A DNA stretch of 62,706 bases, counting the filler, from Sphacelaria rigidula (taxonomy: Eukaryota): assembly GCA_964200075.2 (NCBI GenBank). It is 6 parts of 6 records of this genome, joined end to end, with 100 filler letters (N's around TTAATTAATTAA, not from the genome) between each part and the next. Parts side by side here need not be neighbours in the genome. Positions count along the whole stretch, not along the records: positions 10,470 to 20,837 come from CAXNAA020006636.1; positions 20,938 to 31,305 come from CAXNAA020006637.1; 4 more parts are not named here. One strand, 5' to 3'. The position numbers were made by a program, and so were the translations under genes. How positions within the stretch are numbered: the first letter of the stretch is position 1; each line of letters begins with the position of its first letter. Under the pieces are notes generated by a model. That model searched no databases. It saw nothing but the letters and a program-made list of their open reading frames with translations, and was not told where the DNA came from. This document shows, piece after piece, positions 12,534-24,383 of this stretch.

Positions 12534-13415
12534 CATACAAGAGGATACCCTAAAGTGTACGGGCCCATCACCTTGCCCGGATTTTGGTCCGATCTTTGTC
12601 TTATATTTTTGGTCAATTTTCGGTTGAAAGCATATTTTGTCTTCATTCGGTGCTCGGCTCGTACGAATGAAAACAAATAATTAGGCCCAAAAATGGCCGC
12701 ACACACCCCTTTCTAAACTCCGGAGAGAATCAACATTCCAAAAAAACAACGAACGAAAATCACAATCGCGAATCAACCACTAGGTTTGCGTATTACCGTG
12801 TGTTGGACCCCACTGCCTTCTTCACTGACAAACCTTGCTGGTAAAACCAGCGCTGTTCGGGTCGACAACGGCCAAAACCTTTTACGAGTGCTTCGAAATA
12901 GTAAAATATGTGCAATGCTTGGGTATATTTCGGCCCCTCTCAAGTAAAGAACTTCTCATTCTATCTTCACGTCGGCTGAGTCTGCCCTCTAACTTGGTAA
13001 CGAACCCATCTGTAGAGCCGTCACAACGACCATTATACCCAGACAACGTATTATTGCCCTTCAGTGCCCTAACTTATGGGACGGGCGTGTGAGAAGGCCA
13101 TCAGTCGGGGATCGTCATACAAGAGGATACCCTAAACTGTACGGGCCCATCACCTTGCCCGGATTTTGGTCCGATCTTTGCCTTATATTTTTGGTCAATT
13201 TTCGGTTGAAAGCATATTTTGTCTTCATTCGGTGCTCGGTTCGTACGAATGAAAACAAATAATCAGGCCCAAAAATGGCCGCACACACCCCTTTCTAAAC
13301 TCCGGAGAGAATCAACATTCCAAAAAAATAATGAACGATAATCACAATCGCGAATCAACCACTAGGTTTGCGTATTACCGTGTGTTGGACCCCACTGCCT
13401 TCTTCACTGACAAAC
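12534..13415. repeat. Pair of 300-bp direct repeats (12534-12833, 13116-13415) around a 282-bp spacer; TRIM-like or tandem duplication
   Basis: Near-identical catacaagaggataccctaaa...cttcttcactgacaaac copies. Confidence 0.85.
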
Positions 13416-14275
13416 TCCGCTGGCATATCGGAGAGTGCGGCGACCTTGTCGAGGTTTGGGCTACGACCTTCGGGGGTGATGCAATGACCCAAGAACTCAA
13501 TCTTCGTGGCGCCGATGCGGGATTTGGAGGGTGCGAGTTTCAAGTTGTGTTGTTCACACCGATTGAAGAATGATGCCGACTGTTCGACGTGTTCGGCCGG
13601 TGTGGAGTCGTGGCACACGACATCATCAAGGTACATATGGCATTTGGGCAATCCATCAGTTACACGGAACATTACACGTTGAAACGCACCTGGAGCTCCG
13701 GCGGTACCTTGTGGTGTAACCAACCACTCGTACAAACCTGATGGCGTGCAAAACGCCGTCAGTTCAATGAAATTTGGATCCATCACGAGCTGTTGGTGGC
13801 CGGACTGCATGTCAAAGTTCGAAAATACTTTACCCCCGCCAAGAGAGTCAATAGTTTCATCCATCAGGGGAAGTGGCAGCCGGGCGATTTTGGCGACAGC
13901 GTTCAATCGTTGATAATTGACCGTCAGTCTGATTTTGCCATTCTTCTTACGGACGACTACTAAAAGCGAGGCCCACGGAGACGTCGAGTGCCGAATCAAA
14001 CCGGCGGATAAGTAACCATCGAGAATTACCTGGATCTTATCCGCCAAGAGGGGATTCGTACGGTACGGACGCATAGCGATAGGCGAAGTGTCATCAGGAA
14101 TCTTGATCTCAAACGGTGTCATGGTACATCGACCTAAATCCAAGGGTCCAGTAGAAAACCGTTCAGAGTATCTAATCAAGATGGATCTCAATCTATCGAC
14201 TACAGTGGGTGTCCAACCATCGCCAGATAGATAAAAAACAATATGCCGTAAGTGAGGGGGAATGTCATCCCACAA
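13416..14275 (-). pseudogene. Ty3/Gypsy reverse transcriptase fragment
   Basis: YLDD catalytic motif; KIEFLGHCIT...DKVAALSDMP, then truncated by the 300-bp repeat. Confidence 0.9.
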
Positions 14276-17200
14276 CTATTGAAAACTGGCGCGTTGTTCT
14301 GGAGAAAATCTATCCAGTAGTGCAGTTGGGGGTTGAGGGTCAGGCGCATCCGGTGGATTTGTCACCACCATGGGGTCAGACATGTGTAGAGGAGGGGGGC
14401 CCGTGGATTTCGGGGGGTCGGTCGGCGAGTTGTTGTTCGCCGGGGGGCACACATCTGACAGAGCAGTTCGTATGAGAGGCGCTTGAGCATAACCCAACAA
14501 CTGATCGTTGAGTATATCGACACATGCAGGGGACCTGAGGTAAATGGCCTGCCTACCTTCGTGAACAAAGACTTCGGTCTGTTCAAACGGATCAACCTGT
14601 GCTTGGTCAGATTTGAGCAACTCGACCAAATAATGTCCTGTGAGGGCGGGCGATCCATTACGTCTCACGAGGTTCACTTGTATTTGTTGGGGTTCACGAG
14701 AAAGCGAGATTACGAGTTCACCAACATAGTACAGACGGGAAGCATCACCTGTTTTCGTGAGATCATCCTCATAGGCATGAGCTCCCGAATCGGTGTCGAA
14801 GTGACCCAGAGACAGTTTGCTTGTTACTGGACGGTTCGGGACAGGTGTGCCCGTCGTATACGTGTGTGCGGAAAAACAAAGCCAACTATCTCGACCCAAC
14901 AAAACATCAAAAGACATGGAACCGTCGGGCACTATTAGTGCCCATACGGACAACCGAGCAGTGGGAGTAGTATCCTGGTAGAATTGTACACTTAGTCTCA
15001 CCGATTGATTGACCGTAAGAGATGTGGAGGAACCAAACCCACCAAAAACACGAGGTTGCACGGTGGACAGGCAATGCTTGTCCGCCGCGCCCGCGTTGAT
15101 CATATGTTGCCAGCAGCTGGCTATATTGAGCGTTTGAGGTGAACCAGAGTCTGGTAGTGCAAGAGCTATCAAATGACAGTTGCACGCGCTCCAATATGTA
15201 AACCTATCTTGGTCGCAAAAGAAGCACAATCAATAGTTGCAGTACCACTGACGAGATCGGGCCCGAATTCGGGTAAGACATCCAACACATCCTGCTTCGC
15301 GTTTTGAACGCAGGTGCTAAAATACACCCGTTGATGATCCTGTGGGACAAGCTTTTGGTCGGAAGGATGGTGCGTGCATGGAGTGTCAGTGTTTATGCCT
15401 GGAATATTTGTCTCATCAGTCGAAGGTTGAATCCCATATACTGCAACGGAGGGACGATGCCGGGGAAGGGCAGTTGTCGTGGTTGGACCCGACACTTGAT
15501 TTTTGCGTGGTGTTTCACCCTTATTGGCCAACAGAGGGGGCGAACCGTCATTGTGCAAAGCGGAATCAATTACATTATCCAGCTTGGTCGGAACAGGGGA
15601 CGATTCATCGGGGCGCGGTGTTGAGGTTGATACGCCAATCAAGTCAATACCATCACTGGTTAGGGTCAACATGGGGGGATCCGGAGGCGATTCGTCAGGA
15701 CGCGGGGTTGGTAAAGCTGTACTGTTCAACCCGGCGTCTATTAAAGGGGTCAACATGGGCGAGTTAGGAGACGAGTCGCCTTGCGTAACACTTTGTTTGC
15801 CTGGTGAACACACGGTTGAGATGCCTTCATGACTAGGATGCGAACGTCCATGAGTCGAAGTCTCTGTCCCTACAGGCGGCAACGCTTCATCGGAAATGGG
15901 TTCTAACGTAGTGCACGCGGGGTGGTCAGGGAGCAGTAACGACTTGTTCGAAATCTGGGGAGTACGGGCCTGTTCCACTCTAAGGTTTTCATCTGTCTGA
16001 GCCCACACGCAATCTCCTCCTTGGAGTTCACGTGCGCTTGCTACATCAGGGTTATCTACATGATCATCTGGAGAAGCCCTTCTCTGGTGACGCGTGTAGC
16101 GCACGAAAGGGTCGGCGGCTCCAGGGGCTATTGAAATGAGTTCTTGGACAGTCGAACCTCGGTCACGCTCTTGGCGCACCACCTGAGTAGCTGTCACTTG
16201 GGGTTCCATTCCACCCCGCTGAGCGACGGAAACCATGGTTTTTTTGCGGTTGCGACCCTTCAAGGAATAATTACGCTCATCAAATAAAAGGGAACCGGGT
16301 ACCGTAGTTTTTGCGGAACTCGGTAGGGTGGTTAGCCAGGCACTTGAGCAGTTGGGGGGTGCTTGAGTGTGAGGCTTTGAATTTTGTGTTCCCCAATGAA
16401 CAGTCGAAGCAGCAGTGTCTATCTTACCAGAAGATATTTCGGCTCCTGATGCGTGAGAAACTGCACTACATGACTTCCTCTCCTTCGAAGGGAGGGGATT
16501 CGATTGAATATGATTAGTACCTGATGAATGTAAAACTGGCTGATCAAATCGAGGGTTAAAACGGTGGGTTTGGTCACTGCTCAATTGATAGCCATGCAAC
16601 AGTGCACAGGCTTCGACTGTCTTGGAACCCTTCAAGGCAGTGTTAGCATATCCAGGGAACCCACACCACATGGTTGAACCCGTGGTGGCCACCGTTGATT
16701 CGTGCGTGTGATGTGTGTGACCTGGCCGAGCGAAAAAAGAATGGTTGGCATAAAATTGTGGGAAACTTCTGCAGTGAATTACCGGTCATGGTATATTTCT
16801 AATTGTGGGATTGTACCAACTAATGAGAAATGAATTACAGAAGTAGAAAAATAAACAGGCAGGTGGCGGGGCTTAGGTTTTGGGCCAAGCAACGCGTCCT
16901 GGGTTACCCCACTGTATGCTATTTGGAATCTCCGGAACTTGTAGAACGTTCCCGAAAGGTTGTCAAGTTGTGAGATGAGCATCAGTACTGTGTGGGTACC
17001 ACCCTGGCGGGATTCAGCCGCGGCACTAGGTCCACTCATGTGTAAATGTCTACCGTTGTGTGAATGGGCCGGTGCACGTGGTTAAAGGTGTGCCAGGTCA
17101 GGTGGGTCAGGCAGTGAATCAGTTGTCGCTTCTGGGGCGGAGCAGGCGACCGTACGCAAGCAGTTGTGATAGCCAATCTTGCCAGCATAGTCCAAAATGA

Positions 17201-18219
17201 CGCGAAGCTTCCGAGTGTTTTTTTGTCAACAGCTTCAATTCTTGCTCCGCAATTTCCAGAGCCTTCGTGGATTTGCGTATCGCGCGTTCTAGTTCATTCT
17301 GTTCTGCTGGCTTTTTTTCGGGGTGGACATCTACATTATGGGAGGCCTGAGCTGGCTCCTGGACACTTGTAGATACCAGTAGGCGGGCAAATTCCAACTC
17401 TCTGTGCTCAAGTTCCATGTGGTGTGCTAAATCGTTACTGCGGATCTGATCCCAGCACGTTGTTTGTTCAGCCACTGAGAAGTTGTACCAATGGCGCGGG
17501 GGAATGAAGGCTGGACGCTTTTGCCGAAGCCGGTCGTGTGTTTCGTCATTCGTGGGCAGGTATTGTTCCAATGTGGGCGACGTATCAAAAGCCAGAGTGG
17601 GGCGATCAGAGGATTCAGCACCGGTTTGGGTGCGGAGGTTATCGTCAGGAAGGGTTTTCGTAGCATCAGGGCTCACGTGGAGAGATGCCATCTGAGAAGG
17701 AAGAGTGGGAATACTGTCAGCGTTTTGGGTGGCTGCTTGGTGTGTAGTGGTATGCTCACTGAGAGAGGGGGGGTGAGAATGGGGAGGACAACTACGGTCC
17801 TTATCGAAATCTTCAGCCACATCTCTGAAAATGTGCCCTGCAAGAACGCTATCATCGTCGTCGAAACAGTCCGGTTTGTTGTTGTCAACCGTCTCACTAC
17901 GCATGGTTTGGGTTGACTTGTACGGGTGTTCACCATTGTCTGTAGGGATCGCACCGTTCTTCGTGACATCGTGCGCCGATGAAGTCGAAGGGCGGTTAGT
18001 TGATATCAGACATTGCTTGTACACCTGCGCAATTTGCGCCAGACCGGTAACATGAAGATGCGGAGGTTGGAAAATGAAAATTTCGTCATGGGGGACAGCA
18101 TAGTTGTTGAGGACTGGGGCGGAGTGAACAAAAGAAAAGGAATATAATGGCAGGGTACTGTCGACAGTGTTCGATTGACATGGAGGTCCGCGCACTCCGC
18201 ACATGTAGCGGCATATCAC
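13416..18219 (-). mobile_element. Degenerate Ty3/Gypsy LTR retrotransposon (gag-like ORFs, aspartic protease, RT; RNase H and integrase missing)
   Basis: ORF 14276-15229 has the protease motifs LPDSGS and FDVLLGRD. ORF 13355-14275 has the RT motifs SPWASLLVVVRKKNGKIRLTVNYQRLN, TAFCTPSGLYEW and MYLDD. ORFs 15169-16692 and 17119-18219 lie upstream on the same strand. The ORFs are broken by frameshifts and stops. Confidence 0.9.
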
Positions 18220-18278
18220 CTTTCAATCAGGTGCAGACGAAAGGGAAAAACAAAATATCGACGCACACAACAAACCGC

Positions 18279-18304
18279 ATGTGTGTGTGTGTGTGTGTGT
18301 GTGT
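18279..18304. repeat. (GT)n microsatellite
   Basis: Direct reading of the tgtgtg run. Confidence 0.9.
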
Positions 18305-21151
18305 TGATGTATAACTGTAACAGCAAAGAGACAAGAAGAAAACGAAGGTCGTCACAATCAACAGACATACAGTGAATGTTATCAGCGCAACTGCGCATTC
18401 GACAAACCTGCATGCCATGAAGGGATACACGTGTAGGACGCGGCGAACACCAACGTCAAACCGCTCAGTTCTGTTGTGAGAACCTGTTGAGGTTAAGAAA
18501 AAAAAAGTGTCGGTCGCCGTATTTTTTAGAGGCAATATCAGCGCCCCTGGCGATACTTATCACAGCACCGCGTAGTTCGCTGGAATTAACCGAGTCGGGG
18601 TTTCGATCACGTATCATCGTGCAGGTAGACAGTTAATAAATGTACAAGCACAACCGTGATACAAATGTGTCATGCAGTGCAGCCAGTTGCGTAAAAAGCA
18701 TCAGACAACAAAATGCTGTGTGGCACAGTACAGTACATATGATCTTCGCGTGGTGCAGCGGCGTGGTCGACAGTGCAGTACGATGTCAATTTGTTCACAT
18801 CACATGAAGAAAACCCGACACAAGGCTATACCCGCGTCGTGTTCATATCTACAATGCAATATAGATGCCTTCGTTCACATAGTGCAGCAGTACCAACGTA
18901 TGCTACAGCACGGCACCTCACCGTCCGCAAGATATTACCCGCTGGGACCATTTGTAATTCAAACGGTGCTGTACTGTTGTCAGTACTTCAGTTCGGAACA
19001 ATATTTCAACGGGAAAGGTACCTGGCCTTCTGGACGATCAAGTATGTACTGCCTATAGTGCGTGGTGGTTGGGCGGCAATCAAACTGTAGTGTACCCTGG
19101 TGCCGTGTGAAAGTGAACAAGTAACATGAGCCTCACGCCTCGCCGTGTTCAATCATGCTCGTGTACCGACAACATTCTCAATCCTGGTCCATCACGTCGC
19201 ATCGATATAATTCGGTGCGCATAGTGGCTCAACGTTCCGTGTTTGGGCAAGAAAAGTCGTATGTACAGCGGGCGGCGATTGAAATAGCCCCCGAACTCCC
19301 TACCTCCAAGCATGAATCGGCGTGTGTTGGGACACATGTCGGTCGATTCGGTTGATACAGAATCGACGGACTGTGAGCAGGGGCGCTTGCGGGGGCAGGT
19401 GGTCGGGGGGGCGTTGACAAAGCTACGGGCCCGTGAGGGGCGTATTTAAACAAGGAACGTGTGAGCGGCTTTATTATCCGAGAACCGTCGGTGGGTGAAA
19501 AAGGACACGGCACTTCAGATCGAGTGTGCATGAAAACGCTATGCGTTCTCTGTGCAGTGTATAACGTTAACAGAGAGAGCGCATCCGCCACAGTGGGTTG
19601 GCTTGCACCGTCGGTATGACCTGCAGGTTGCGGGAAATATGCTTGTGCAGCAAAAGAGGGCTTGCGTGTGCGCTCGTACCTGAAGCGCCTCATGGTTTGG
19701 TCGCCGCTGCCTGAAACCAACGTGGGAACTGTGTGCCACATCGAATCCTTGAAGCTAACTCGAGTGGGGATGTCTGTCAAACTCCGAGTATAAGAGAAAA
19801 GAGCTGCTCAAGAAGCTGTCTAAATACCCGCGTGTGGTACACCGATAATTGTGTACACAATTATCAAGTGAAAACAAGGACTGAAAATACAAGGGCTTGA
19901 AAAAGAAACAGACGTAAGCTTGTAGTTGGCTGACGCGTGCACAGCAGCAGCCGACCGAGAGAGAAAACAGTACAGCTTGAGGTCAAAAGCTACCTCTGAA
20001 GCCCCACAATGTGGCGGTATAAGCAATGCCGCAAGCAGTAAAACCGTATACGCCGAACGCAAGCAAGCCACATCCTTGTGAGGTGTCAGCAAGCGGTCCT
20101 GGTTTGACTTGCTACACTCAAAGGGTTGTTTCAATCTCTCAATACAATAGCCCAGCTGCCAAAGGGGAAAACCACACAGCCCCAAAGCCAGAAAACAAGT
20201 AACAATTGTGGATGAGGGTAGAAATATAGCACAGCTAAGACTCACGTCAATAAGGCTGTGGACTCGCGACACTGAAGATAGAAGATCGATGGGTAGATGA
20301 CGAGTAAAAGCTCTTCTTTATATCTAACAATGCCTGCAGACTGAGGTCGGTGTGTCGAGTAAGACAGGTGGGTAGAACAGCTGGGGGCAGCATTTCTATC
20401 GGTACGTCCGTCTGCCCCGCTTACAACCACGTCATAATACAAAATCACAGTGACGTGCTGTGCCTTTAGCCAATCAACGCTGTAGTAGCAGCAAGTACAC
20501 GCGGCTAATCGGGTACAAACTTGTATCTACCTTCAAGCAGCGTCAAAGAATACAAGGATCCAAATCTTGCCTTATACGACACACATGCGACTAGAATCTT
20601 TCCATACCCGCCAGTCGTTTCTGGGGATCATCTGCATCCCCAAAGAACGAGTTTCATTCAGGTACTCAGTCATTTACCATCACAGCTGAAGCTGACGTAT
20701 TTCGTTGAGCGCTACAGCTTGCGTGCTGTAACTGACCGTCACTACTGATACTTTACCATGCTTCCCCCCCCCCCCGCCCCCCCCCCCCCCCCCCCCGCCA
20801 CCCGACAAACCAACAGCCGCACACACGACCAAAAAGANNNNNNNNNNNNNNNNNNNNNNNNNNNNNNNNNNNNNNNNNNNNTTAATTAATTAANNNNNNN
20901 NNNNNNNNNNNNNNNNNNNNNNNNNNNNNNNNNNNNNGTAATCGCCGAGCGAGGACACACAAAGGACACGGGCGAGGAGCTTCCTCTCTGTCATTGCTTC
21001 TCTCTCTGGTGATATCGCCATCGACACGCGTGCACACCGCATTCGTTAGGTGCTCCTAGCCACAGCTGCTCAACTAACTGCTGCGGACATTTGGGGGGGG
21101 AGCTGGCTTCGCTCGGTCGTAAGTGTTTCGCGTTATCCCTGCAAAAACAAA

Positions 21152-23152
21152 TGGCAATATACAAAAAAGGCTAAACCCTGGTGCTTTTGGAACAAAAGAG
21201 GGTAACGATTCTTTCTCTTTGGGGCGCGGCGCTGCACGCTGGCTGAACACCTCGGAAACACGTTCCAGCACCTCAGCCCCACACCCAAGGTGCCTGGGCA
21301 GCATACCCATCCATTTGTTTTCATTTTCGTAAGTGTTACTGGGCTGAACTACTGCGCCGAAAATGAGAGCCTGTGAGAGTACCCTCTTTCGTGAGGAAAT
21401 CAAGAGGGTACACCCTGCTCTCTGCTAAAAAGGTATATCTACCCTTTCTTGTTTTCCTGTTGACCCTTTTTTGTGAAGTGATGACCGTACCGCCGTCTCG
21501 GCACGAGTTACGCCGAGCAGTCACAACCATTGCCATTTTCGGTAGAATTATACACCACCAAAAAAGGCCGAAGTCCAACGACCAGGAGAGTTTAGCCCCC
21601 CTGTTGGTCGATCCGAAGACCCGGAAGATCCAACAATGCATACAGGTCGCCTGTGTGCCGGAGCTCTCAAAGGTCCAACAAACATGGGTGAACATCTTGC
21701 CGACACACCAACCCGAACGGCAGACCGTTGCCGGATCTGCAACTTGCGGCTCGGGAACGGAGATGGACACCGACCCGGATTTCGTATTGGAGCAAAAACG
21801 GTTGAAGCGAACGGCGCAGACTGTACTATCGGGTGTCTTCCTCCGAGCTTTGCCGTTGCGCCCGTGATACCATCACTCGGAATACTCACAGCTGCGAGAC
21901 CGGCGCACCGCCCAATATGTCCACATGCTCTTGAAACAAAGGCGTTTTGTGCTGTGATGCAACGACTCACACGTGGGACAAATAGCACCCTGTAGGACGA
22001 GCTGCACAGGGTTCTCCACAGTTTTTTGCCAACCCCTGTGCAGCATTTGCAAACCCTAGTACCTGTAATAGCATTTTGCATAGCGTTCTTGTCGAAACCC
22101 TGCAAGCAACCCTGTGGAGAGGCCTTCCCAATTTCGAAGGTTCCCAATTATTTTGGTATAAAACCTGTACATATATATTTTTGGAATAGCTTCTCCTGCC
22201 GTCCGAGATTTGAATCGGGCAAAAAGAGGATTTATCTCGGAGAGCAGGAGAAGCTATTCGAAAGAGATTTTTTTTTCGCCCATTTATTATTATTTGGGAA
22301 AAAAAGGATCTATTTCGAACAGCAGAAGAACCTATTCAAAAGAGATCCTTTTTCGCCCACTTAAATTTGAGGAAAAAAAAGGATCTGTTTCGAACAGCTT
22401 ATTCTTCTGCGCAAATCCCATGCACACTGGCAGGTTTGGAATTAGGACAGCAGAAGAAGCTCAAAATAAATCTTCACTTTGCCCTCCAATTACATTCGAA
22501 AATTGGGGGAAAAGAGGTTTATTGCAAGCAGCGTCAGCTGTGCATACCCCGCATACTTGACCGTTACCAGCGTATGGGATCATACACGCAGCAAAAGTTG
22601 TGACTGCTTGGCGTAACTTGTGCTGAGACGGCGGTACGGTCACCACTTCACAAAAGAGGGTCAACAGGAAAACAAGAAAGGGTAGATATACCTTTTCAGC
22701 AGAGGGCAGGGTGTACCCTCCTGATTTTCCCACGAAAAAGGGTCTCATTTTCGGCGCCGTAGTTCAGCCCACTAAGTCCGTGTCTTATCAAATTGTTTTC
22801 GACTCAAAAACGTACGGTGGAATCGAATTTGCCTGTACCTGATACGTCTACGGTATCCGTGTTCTCAACCATGTGAGAAAATTAGCAGCGTGCGCGAATC
22901 AGAAACGAGGGAATTCTATTCGACCGCACGTTTTCGACACGAAAACAGCTTGATAAGACACGGCCTAATACTTACGAAAATGAAAACAAATGGACGGGTA
23001 TGCTGCCCAAGCACCTTGGGCGTGGGGCTTAGGTACTGGAACGTGTTTTCGAGATGTTCAGTCAGCGTGCAGCGCCGCGCCCCAAAGCAAAAAAAGCGTT
23101 ACCCTTTTTTGTTCCAATAGCACCAGGGTGTACCCGTTTTTGTATTTTGCCC
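21152..23152. mobile_element. Non-autonomous Mutator-like element (MULE) with ~380-bp TIRs
   Basis: 21152-~21530 is the inverted copy of ~22600-23152 (termini (t/g)GGCAA.ATACAAAAA). Flanks aaaaacaaa (21143-51) and aaaaagaaa (23153-61) form a 9-bp TSD with one mismatch. Confidence 0.8.
22776..22965. mobile_element. PIF/Harbinger (Tourist-like) MITE nested in the right TIR of the MULE
   Basis: TIRs G(t/g)CCGTGTCTTATCAA / TTGATAAGACACGGCC with a TAA TSD on both sides. The left MULE TIR shows the empty site with a single TAA. Confidence 0.85.
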
Positions 23153-24383
23153 AAAAAGAAATGCCACTTCAACATCATTTTGTGATGGACCCCATGTTCC
23201 AGGATCGACCCTTTTCCCGTACCCCAGGGAATGTTCACACCAAAACTCATCATCTATCGCTGTGCGTTTCGTTTCAAGTTTCGTGTGGACTTCACTGTTG
23301 ACCCTTTCCCGTACTGTTAGGATTACTCGACATGACGCTTCATCAACGAGAAAATTAGTCCAGGCCTCTGAGCAGATTGGTTTCTTCCACTAGATTGGAC
23401 AATTACGATATGCGCGGATCACGGCCCAATTCGTCTGCGTCGATGAGATATGGCTGAGAGCTTAAATCCGTTTTTAGGCTGACCCAGCTCGCACGGTATA
23501 ATCTCTTTCCACAGAACAAAAAGCATCTACATTATGTACACCAATCGGAAACGCAAACATATCGCACAGAGCACTACAAGACGGAAAGTTGACAACACAT
23601 CCTTGAAACCAGGTCATTCTAGAATCGGGAAAACTACGTCCTCATCTACACACGTATATACAATGACAGTCAGATGGAACGAGTCGCGCAGCAGATATGC
23701 ATTGCAGTGTGGAAAACACCCGTGCAAACTCTTTTTCACACCTCCCCCCAATAATGGATGTACAAGAAACATCTCTTAACCTCGCCCCACACAAAATGTT
23801 GAGTTCAACTATGAGAGGCTGCAGGCCCTTACATCTGACATACGGATTTTCTCTATCCTATGCGAATGAGTGATGGGCGAAAAAGTACCGAACCCTCAAT
23901 GGGTACCACGACTTCATATTGGATACACAATATATAAATCCAGTAGACACTGTACAAAGGGCGATATCTCACCGATATTGAGCCTAGCTAGCACCATGTG
24001 TACGATGCCATCTGGAGCACACTCTGACACCTCATCCGGAGTATTCCAGGACAAACCATCACCTTCCATATAGGGCAAATATTTGCACCGTCCCCAAAAC
24101 AACGAATCACGTGCACGGACACACAAAATCAGTGATGTGTAGCAAACAAGCAAGACAATACAGTGTTCCCTGGCGATTCGCTTTCACAACCTCCACCACT
24201 TACTACTGTTGCCGCAACGGCCGAAGTCCACGTCGACAAACACAGAGGGTGCTACATATGTAGCCGCAGAGTGCACATAACTCCCAGAAACTCAGAGCGT
24301 ATATCTCAGCCGATCGGAACACTGAGGCACATTATGCCCACACGGATACATGAACTGCACGGTGGTACACGCAGCGGGAGACA

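Noticed and set aside
19833..20431. Possible 5' LTR of the Gypsy element (TGTGGT...ACCACG)
   Set aside because: Imperfect termini, no second copy, and no clear PBS or TSD.
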